From a virus: a stretch of DNA of 64,000 nt. The stretch lies in the IMG/VR virus record IMGVR_UViG_3300045988_174937; one strand, given 5' to 3'. The position numbers were made by a program, and so were the translations under genes. The notes beneath the pieces were generated by a model. That model had not been told where the DNA came from and did not search any database. It worked only from the letters and a program-made list of their open reading frames with translations. Positions 46,767 through 52,967 of the stretch are shown here, piece after piece (the first letter of the stretch is position 1; every line of letters begins with the position of its first letter).

Positions 46767-47765
46767 ATGGAAACAAACGTAATTACCACCGTGTTCAACG
46801 CCCAGGAGGCGTTACCTATCAACGACGAAGCGCGTATCACCAAGGCCCAGATCCTGTTCCTGTACGCTGCGGCCAATGCCGCCGCTGACCGCCCGAGTAT
46901 CATCTGCGTGGACGAGGGTCCGCTGCCTTTCACTGACGTGGCTGAAGCGGCCCCGCGTTACGGCGAAATCCGTCAATGGCTGGGGACGTTCCTGGACAAC
47001 AACCTGGTATTTCGGGCGATGATGCCTATCGACGACAACGCCACGGTCGTCAGCGAAATCAAGCGTCTGTCGCACGAGTGTACCGACGCCGGGCTGTTGG
47101 AGTTTTGCGTTGACGACGACACGCTCCGCTTTACAGCGCTTGGCGTCGAGGCCATCGAAAAGTACGGCCCGGTGCTGGACGAGGAGTGGCGATTAATCGA
47201 GCGTACCGTGTTGGAGGTCGTCAACGAACGTTACGGCCACTGCGGCATAGGCGTGGAGAAAATCGCTCGCCACGTCCCCACCACCAACCCGCGTGAACTC
47301 TACGGCCAATTCGTGTTGGTGGAACAAGACCTGATGTCCGCTGTGTATCGCCGCACCGACGGCGTACTGTTAGCCAACGTGTTTGGCGTGGGTACGTTCC
47401 TGGTAGAGAAACTGATCGCTTTCAACGTACCGCTGCTGGCTACGTTGGCCGATGAGGGTTGGCTCCGTACCAATCCCGACGGCATCCAGCGAGAGTACCA
47501 CGCGCGTTTCAAGGCTCAGTCGGAGGCGTACCGCCGTGAGCACGGAATCCAAGACCCCGACGAAGAGGAACAACCCGCCGCTGCTACCCACGACAACCCC
47601 ATGGCGGCGTTGGCTGCGATGTTAGGTCGTGAACTGGGGGCCAAGGTGGGGCTGCGCCGTATCGACGTTCCTGCTGACGGTGGCGAGCCCCAGGTGACGG
47701 ACCTGGACGATAAGGTGGCCGACGCCGAAGCGGTGTTGAAAGCCGAGGACAAGCCCGTATCGTAA
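46767..47765 (+). CDS. hypothetical protein (last gene before the iteron region)
   Basis: 332-aa ORF. No motif recognised. Confidence 0.6.
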   Translation: METNVITTVFNAQEALPINDEARITKAQILFLYAAANAAADRPSIICVDEGPLPFTDVAEAAPRYGEIRQWLGTFLDNNLVFRAMMPIDDNATVVSEIKRLSHECTDAGLLEFCVDDDTLRFTALGVEAIEKYGPVLDEEWRLIERTVLEVVNERYGHCGIGVEKIARHVPTTNPRELYGQFVLVEQDLMSAVYRRTDGVLLANVFGVGTFLVEKLIAFNVPLLATLADEGWLRTNPDGIQREYHARFKAQSEAYRREHGIQDPDEEEQPAAATHDNPMAALAAMLGRELGAKVGLRRIDVPADGGEPQVTDLDDKVADAEAVLKAEDKPVS

Positions 47766-47788
47766 CGAACCGCGTTTTCTATCTTCAC

Positions 47789-47822
47789 AGAGCCACCCTA
47801 AACCCATGGGGTGGCTCATTTT
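47789..47822 (+). terminator. intrinsic terminator
   Basis: GAGCCACCC (47789-47797) pairs with GGGTGGCTC (47808-47816), followed by ATTTTTG. Confidence 0.75.
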
Positions 47823-47904
47823 GTCGTTGTGTGCTGCTGATAATACGTTTTCGGTACACCTGGGTCACCTGCGAGGCGATACGCAGATGCCATGCCGAAA
47901 ATCT

Positions 47905-48069
47905 GGTTGAAGATTTTGACTCCTTTGGCGATTTGCGTAAAACTGCTGTTGGAAGATGTTGTAGAAAAACGATGTTTTGGCGTTTTATTTGTGCTGTTGG
48001 AAGATTTTCACACTCTTGGAAGATTTCCGCGTTATTTTGACGCTCTCCAAGACCTCTGTTGGCGATTTC
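47905..48069. repeat. array of seven iteron-like direct repeats, consensus (C)TGTTGG(A/C)(A/G)GATTT
   Basis: TTGAAGATTTT 47907, TTGGCGATTTG 47925, TTGGAAGATGTT 47949, TTGGCGTTTT 47977, TTGGAAGATTTT 47997, TTGGAAGATTTC 48016, TTGGCGATTTC 48059. Confidence 0.7.
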
Positions 48070-48170
48070 CCCCTATGGTTCTCCCCCTTTCTTCCCCCTG
48101 ATGGTTTTTCTCCTCCCCCCACCCCTCTACTTTTCCTTTACCCCCTATAATCCCCCTTCTCCTTACCCCC
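48069..48170. repeat. polypyrimidine tract with eight C4-C6 runs (G-runs on the minus strand)
   Basis: C-runs at 48069-73, 48083-87, 48094-98, 48115-20, 48122-25, 48141-45, 48152-56 and 48166-70. There are almost no purines between them. Confidence 0.8.
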
Positions 48171-48178
48171 AATTTCCG

Positions 48179-48210
48179 GTGTAAAAGAGAAAAAACACTC
48201 TCTTTTACAC
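48179..48210. repeat. perfect 12-bp inverted repeat (hairpin/cruciform)
   Basis: GTGTAAAAGAGA (48179-48190), 8-nt loop AAAAACAC, TCTCTTTTACAC (48199-48210). Confidence 0.8.
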
Positions 48211-48345
48211 TTTCCAGGCCCTCACGTGCCCCCGCGCGCGTGCATGCATACATGCGAGAACGCACATGAAAACATCGTCTTTCCAGCACGCCAAAGCACT
48301 GCGTCGAACCGCCAACGTTATTGAGTTCGTAAAACCTACCACGAA

Positions 48346-48600
48346 ATGGAACAAGAAGCTAAACAACATCCCTACATCGGCCATATTGCCCGCAGTATGC
48401 AGCGTATGGCTCATGAATACGCCAAACAGATAATCACACGTCAACTCGACGTCAAGAGTATCACCGTCGGTAGCACCAACGGTTTTGAACTCACGCTGAC
48501 CGATAAGCGCCAACAGCAAACGGCCAAAGTACAACCAGGAGTCAGGCAACTTCGCCTATTTCCAGACGACGGTCAAATGGTAAAATCCGTAACACGATGA
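48346..48600 (+). CDS. hypothetical small protein
   Basis: 84-aa ORF, the first gene after the repeat region. Confidence 0.5.
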   Translation: MEQEAKQHPYIGHIARSMQRMAHEYAKQIITRQLDVKSITVGSTNGFELTLTDKRQQQTAKVQPGVRQLRLFPDDGQMVKSVTR

Positions 48601-49178
48601 AACGCCTGATTCGTTGGATAATCAATTGGCTCTACGCCGAAGAAATCGCCGCCTTGGTACAAGAGGCCGTCGATGACGAATTCGAAGCCACGTGGCCCGA
48701 AGCGTTTCGCCATCAGCCGGAACACAATTCGGTAATTCCCCAGGAAATCTGGGCCGCGGTAATACTCAACCTGCCAAACCACGCCGAAATCATCCACGGC
48801 CAGTGGATGGATAATACCAACCACATTCATATCTTGACACGAACGGTAAAACTCGCCAACACTACTTACATTCGCGAATTCCAACTCACGATGGACGCCT
48901 ACCGCCTACGTTTGGACCACGCCCATAGTCGTGACGAGATATTCTGCGGCCGATACGCCCACCTGCTCCAAGTACAGATACGGCTGCCGGGCAACTACAA
49001 TTCCCCCAAGGCTGATTACGTGTTGGAATTTTCGCTTATGCAGTACCACCTCGCTGGGCCTGGCGTGGAAGGAGCAGTTCCGTATTGGCGTTGTAACACA
49101 AAACCCGATATTATCCACGCCTTTACCAGCGAGACTTTGGCGGGTATCGAGCGAGGACTAAAACATTTCGAGAAATGA
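48597..49178 (+). CDS. hypothetical protein
   Basis: 193-aa ORF with an ATGA overlap. Confidence 0.6.
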   Translation: MKRLIRWIINWLYAEEIAALVQEAVDDEFEATWPEAFRHQPEHNSVIPQEIWAAVILNLPNHAEIIHGQWMDNTNHIHILTRTVKLANTTYIREFQLTMDAYRLRLDHAHSRDEIFCGRYAHLLQVQIRLPGNYNSPKADYVLEFSLMQYHLAGPGVEGAVPYWRCNTKPDIIHAFTSETLAGIERGLKHFEK

Positions 49179-49540
49179 GCGAATTCTTTCATACCGGGCG
49201 TTTCTTCCAGCAAGACGCCGAGCGTACCCGCACTGAACAGCTGGAACGCCAAAAGCAAGAACAACGTTATCTGGGTTCAGCCACGCGGCTCCCCGGTATG
49301 CGGTTGTACGAGTTCAATTATAAGACCGGAGAATGTCGGGAGATTGGTACCGAGACCACACTGGAAATAGACGTCACCACAGGGAAACCCGTTACGCGTC
49401 GCGCCGTTAAGGTCCAATACAACCCCGATTGTGTTTATTTACAGGCCCTCAACAACCGTAACGCCATGCGTAAGTTGGTAAAGGCCGGGTACATCAAAAT
49501 GGTGAAACAAGATGGTAAAGGTCCGCACGTCGAAGATTGA
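49175..49540 (+). CDS. hypothetical protein
   Basis: 121-aa ORF with an ATGA overlap. Confidence 0.55.
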   Translation: MSEFFHTGRFFQQDAERTRTEQLERQKQEQRYLGSATRLPGMRLYEFNYKTGECREIGTETTLEIDVTTGKPVTRRAVKVQYNPDCVYLQALNNRNAMRKLVKAGYIKMVKQDGKGPHVED

Positions 49541-49973
49541 CGAAAAACAACCCGCCGCTCCGGCAAAACGTACTTTGAAGCGGCGTTACAATCCCCAGCG
49601 TAACGCTGATGACGGCGTCGACTACGACGAAGACAATGTCGACGAGGGTTCCGTCATGGGGATGGAAGAATTTCTAACCGAGTTAATAGGTAAATCAAAG
49701 AACAAACGCTTAAACGCCGTTTTCATCGAACTTGGCGATACGTTAATTCCGTATTACATCGTCCAAACCATCGAGAAAGTAACGATGTTTGACGAAGACG
49801 AAGAACGTATGATGTACGGAATCGCCATCAACAAGGACATCGGCGTTGGCGTTGAAGGAGGGAAGAGTGTAGCTGAGTGGTGGTACGACGCCGATATTCG
49901 TGACCGTGCTTACTTGTCACTTCGTCAGCAGTTGGCTGATGCTGGATTGACAATTATAAGACCGCAGGAATAA
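49512..49973 (+). CDS. hypothetical protein
   Basis: 153-aa ORF with a 29-nt overlap onto the upstream gene. Confidence 0.55.
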   Translation: MVKVRTSKIDEKQPAAPAKRTLKRRYNPQRNADDGVDYDEDNVDEGSVMGMEEFLTELIGKSKNKRLNAVFIELGDTLIPYYIVQTIEKVTMFDEDEERMMYGIAINKDIGVGVEGGKSVAEWWYDADIRDRAYLSLRQQLADAGLTIIRPQE

Positions 49974-50018
49974 AGGTTTAACAACCTCATATTTATCAAC
50001 AATCAAAATTATCGTACA

Positions 50019-50306
50019 ATGAAAGTGCAAGATTTTTACAGTGCGTTGGCCGCCAAGGCTGACACCACCAAGGCCCAGGCGATTGCTTTCGTCCGTGCTC
50101 TGGAAGAGATTCTCACCGAGGAGGTTCGCGACAAGGGCGAAACCGTCGCCATCGGTAAGGTAGGAAAGTTCGTCCAAAAGGACCAGCCGTCACGTATGGC
50201 GCGTAATCCGCAGACGGGCGTTACGGCCCCCACCGAGCCCTACAAGACCATCCAGTTCCGCCCGGCGTACAGTTTCCGCGCCTACGGCAAAAAGGCTAAG
50301 AAATAG
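50019..50306 (+). CDS. HU/IHF-family DNA-binding protein
   Basis: 95 aa. GKVGKFVQKDQPSRMARNPQTGVTAPTEPYKTIQFRPAYSFR matches the HU arm motif R.ARNP.TGE.I.I.A...V.F.P. Confidence 0.75.
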   Translation: MKVQDFYSALAAKADTTKAQAIAFVRALEEILTEEVRDKGETVAIGKVGKFVQKDQPSRMARNPQTGVTAPTEPYKTIQFRPAYSFRAYGKKAKK

Positions 50307-50340
50307 CCCGTAACTGGTAACGCAGTTCGCTTTCGCACGT

Positions 50341-50374
50341 CCGCCAGGGAGGTGGTTTGCCCTGGCGGATTTTT
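50341..50374 (+). terminator. intrinsic terminator
   Basis: CCGCCAGGG (50341-50349) pairs with CCCTGGCGG (50360-50368), followed by ATTTTT. Confidence 0.8.
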
Positions 50375-50667
50375 AGTTACTTTCGCTACAACGTTATAGT
50401 ATCTGAAATGAGGGAACGCCGCTTTACGCCAAGCAACGAAGAGTTAGGTTTTCAGCGAGTGTAGTTTCTTTTCCGACCGCGGTGTTTCCTCTACCATACC
50501 CCAGGCTGGTGGGGTCGGAGTCAGGCCTCCAAACGGTATAAGCCCTGTCGCCAGCAAACAAATTGTCTCCAAGGCAGCAACGCAGACTTCCTCCATAGCG
50601 AGCGCCGGAGCGGAGGAGACAGACTCTACAAGGGGAAGAGTATAAGCGATACGTCGCGCCCCTTGAT

Positions 50668-50738
50668 TGGCCTGTGGTGTAATGGTAACACACCAGATTT
50701 TGGATCTGGCGTTGGAGGTTCGAATCCTTCCGGGCCGA
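50668..50738 (+). tRNA. tRNA-Gln(TTG): tRNA-Gln (anticodon TTG)
   Basis: Acceptor TGGCCTG / CGGGCCG plus discriminator A. Anticodon arm CCAGA-TTTTGGA-TCTGG, giving anticodon TTG at 50700-50702. T arm GGAGG-TTCGAAT-CCTTC. No encoded CCA. Confidence 0.85.
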
Positions 50739-50958
50739 CTAAACCCCCAATTAAAACCGCGTGTGGCAGACGTGGCCCGAAAGTCCATGGGTGAGGGGGT
50801 TTTTAAGAAATTTCGTTCGTTAACGTTGTGGCAGTTCGCCCGTGCCGGCAAAGGGAACACCAATAGGAACGGCAACCGACGAGCGCGGGGCGTGAAATAT
50901 CGCCCCGACCTTAAAGTCTTAACAGACTTCCATCAATCAAAGGTTTAATTCACCCCCG

Positions 50959-50996
50959 ACCGCCCCACAGTAGTGATACAGCGAGGCGGTTTTTTA
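50959..50996 (+). terminator. probable intrinsic terminator closing the tRNA-containing non-coding unit
   Basis: ACCGCC (50959-50964) pairs with GGCGGT (50985-50990) around a 20-nt loop, followed by a T-run. Confidence 0.5.
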
Positions 50997-51032
50997 ATTT
51001 TACAGCGTTACTTACGAAAAACTTAAAATGAT

Positions 51033-51701
51033 ATGAAACGTTCACCGTACCTTGTAATGGACACTGAAACCGGGGGCCTGGACCCCGCACAGAACCCCAT
51101 AACGTCGTTTGCAGCCGTTGTTTTAGACTTTAACACCCTGAAAGAGGTAGACCGCTGGGAAACCTACGTAAAGCCGTACAATGGTCTCCAAATAACGAAA
51201 GAATCCATTTCTAAGACCATGGTCAATATGGCTGAGGTGAATCGAGGTATGGAGTTGGATGCGTTTATCGAAGCACTGGGGCGGTTCTGTACTCAAAATT
51301 TCTCCGACGCCAAGGGCAAAGAGCAGCGCCGCCTGATAGGTGTGGGTCACAACGTGATGTTCGACGTGGCGATGTTATCGGCGGCGTTTGAATATTCATC
51401 CTATGGACGGAAATACGACCTATTCACCTACATCCAAGAACAGACGCTGGACACGATGTACTTTTCCAAAATGATGTACGGCTTGACGGGCGACGAGAAA
51501 ATGACTCTTGGCGCCACGTGTGAACGCGCGGGGATTATACTTACCGACGCCCATGGCGCGATGAACGACGTGGAAGCCACGGCCGAGTATTTCCGCTATT
51601 GCGTGCGGCGGTTGCGTGCTACGGGTGATATATCATCCGCCACCGAGAAAAAGTCTCGCCGTCGCGGTAACGAGTTCTTCGAGTTCAAGTGCGCCAAGTA
51701 G
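51033..51701 (+). CDS. DnaQ-like 3'-5' exonuclease (Pol III epsilon-like)
   Basis: Exo I LVMDTETGGLD, Exo II VGHNVMFDVAML, Exo III DAHGAMNDVEATAEYF. Confidence 0.7.
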   Translation: MKRSPYLVMDTETGGLDPAQNPITSFAAVVLDFNTLKEVDRWETYVKPYNGLQITKESISKTMVNMAEVNRGMELDAFIEALGRFCTQNFSDAKGKEQRRLIGVGHNVMFDVAMLSAAFEYSSYGRKYDLFTYIQEQTLDTMYFSKMMYGLTGDEKMTLGATCERAGIILTDAHGAMNDVEATAEYFRYCVRRLRATGDISSATEKKSRRRGNEFFEFKCAK

Positions 51702-51748
51702 AAACAGCCAACGTTATACAGTGTGTCTAACAACAAAACTGTACAACG

Positions 51749-52132
51749 ATGAAACAAGAACTTTTCGAAAAAGGCGTCAAGGCGGCCATTGCCGACATCT
51801 TAGAACGTTCGCTTAACAAATGGGTTAGTGTGATGGAACCTGGCGCGTCGTTTGGTGCTATCCTCACTAAGAACGGCATCAGCCCCAAGGTATCGCCGGC
51901 GCTGTTCAAAGTACTTTCCAGCGTGGGTATTATCCAACGCGAAGGCGTGAAGTCAACGATCAGATATCGTTACGTCCCCACCTCCGTCACTATCCCTGAT
52001 CTCGATAAATTGGCGGCGCAGGTTTGGTTGGAGAATCAAGACTACAGCCGCGCGAAACGTGCTACTTCAAGGCAAAAACATGTAACCCCCCCCGTGCGAC
52101 GTCAACCAGAACGGAAAGGCAATTCGCGTTAA
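51749..52132 (+). CDS. hypothetical protein (may continue past the C8 tract by frameshift)
   Basis: 127-aa ORF. The C8 run at 52086-52093 lies 13 codons before its stop. Confidence 0.55.
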   Translation: MKQELFEKGVKAAIADILERSLNKWVSVMEPGASFGAILTKNGISPKVSPALFKVLSSVGIIQREGVKSTIRYRYVPTSVTIPDLDKLAAQVWLENQDYSRAKRATSRQKHVTPPVRRQPERKGNSR

Positions 52133-52208
52133 GGGCAACATTCTCCCTCAAATTGGCGATTCGCGTTACATTATCACGGGCGCAGAAGGGCCTATCGAAA
52201 TCATCGAG

Positions 52209-52439
52209 GTGAAGATCGTCACCATTTATCGCGATCCTCACGACGGAAAATACAATTTCGACGTTGTGTATCGTCTGCCTGACACCGAGGGACTGATTAC
52301 GATGGAACGGGTGTTGTTACAAGAACTCCACCTCAAACCGGAAGACATTTTCGCCCATCTCCAGCGCACGATGGTACGTTTCCGCGGTGAGTTGTTTCCA
52401 ACTATAAAACGAGAAACCGTAAAACAAAATGGCAGATAA
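52209..52439 (+). CDS. hypothetical protein; 5' end uncertain (frame open from 52086)
   Basis: The track start is GTG 52209. The same frame is open and looks coding back to the C8 run, with no ATG. Confidence 0.4.
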   Translation: MKIVTIYRDPHDGKYNFDVVYRLPDTEGLITMERVLLQELHLKPEDIFAHLQRTMVRFRGELFPTIKRETVKQNGR

Positions 52440-52905
52440 CGCACGTGTCGCTCAAACGCCCGAAGAGGTAGAAGCGACAAAACAGTACACCGAAAAGGAC
52501 GAAAACCGCCAACTGGCCTTTTCCAAAGCACTCGAATTGCTTCGTATTTTGTGTAAAGACGCTTTGGAACGGGAAATGATAGCCCAGCGCACTTTCACCC
52601 GTACAGAGGTTGTAAAGAAAACGACGCTGTCGCACCGTAAAGCGTTGGACCTGTTGGAGACGCTTCAGACGTTCGGTTACGTCGATATAATGGACGCCAA
52701 CAAGACAAAATTCTGCTTCACTTTTAACGCCGACGACCGTGCAGCGGTCCATAAGGCCAAGATTATACAGCTGACTACGTTGCTCGGGGCAGCTATCGAG
52801 AGTTACAACTCCGTGCTCTTGAAAGAATACCCCGAAGAGGTGTACCAGCGCGAGACCCTGGAAATGGAACGTTACCTCGCCCAGGCGTTGAATTTGAAGA
52901 GATGA
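52429..52905 (+). CDS. hypothetical protein, possible winged-helix (small terminase candidate by position only)
   Basis: 158 aa. TRTEVVKKTTLSHRKALDLLETLQTFGYVD looks wHTH-like. It lies immediately upstream of the large terminase. Confidence 0.5.
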   Translation: MADNARVAQTPEEVEATKQYTEKDENRQLAFSKALELLRILCKDALEREMIAQRTFTRTEVVKKTTLSHRKALDLLETLQTFGYVDIMDANKTKFCFTFNADDRAAVHKAKIIQLTTLLGAAIESYNSVLLKEYPEEVYQRETLEMERYLAQALNLKR

Positions 52906-52925
52906 GTTTTGTTGTGGACCCGGTA

Positions 52926-52958
52926 ACACCCAGAGGGAATCGAGACCCCTTTGGGTGT
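52926..52958 (+). promoter_or_regulatory. 12-bp stem hairpin 10 nt upstream of the terminase start
   Basis: ACACCCAGAGGG (52926-52937) pairs with CCCTTTGGGTGT (52947-52958), with one G-T pair and a 9-nt loop. No T-run follows. Confidence 0.4.
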
Positions 52959-52967
52959 TGCTATTAA

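Noticed and set aside
47905-48069. Whether the repeat array could be a CRISPR array
   Set aside because: The repeats are only about 12 nt, imperfect, of two sub-types and spaced irregularly by 18-43 bp. There are no uniform 25-40 nt repeats or spacers and no cas genes.
10410-48170. A link between the 10.4-kb and 48.1-kb non-coding regions through the shared GGGGTAAA/TTTACCCC 8-mer in opposite orientation
   Set aside because: A shared 8-mer between two regions of 350-550 bp is expected by chance several times over. No longer inverted repeat was found.
47831-48289. ORFs 47831..48040 (+), 47892..48101 (+), 48032..48289 (-) and 48205..48549 (-) in the gap after gene 46767..47765
   Set aside because: They translate the iteron array and the C-run tract, giving repetitive LLEDF/GKGKVEGWGEE-type sequence. 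The region is better explained as non-coding repeats.
50668-50738. Suppressor tRNA or stop-codon reassignment, as in some gut phages
   Set aside because: The anticodon is TTG (standard Gln, reads CAA). TGA, TAA and TAG all terminate well-supported genes in this window, and no large gene contains in-frame stops.
50667-50948. 93-aa ORF 50667..50948, plus the minus-strand ORFs 50424..50875
   Set aside because: They run straight through the tRNA-Gln gene and GC-rich hairpins, and there is no coupling to neighbouring genes.
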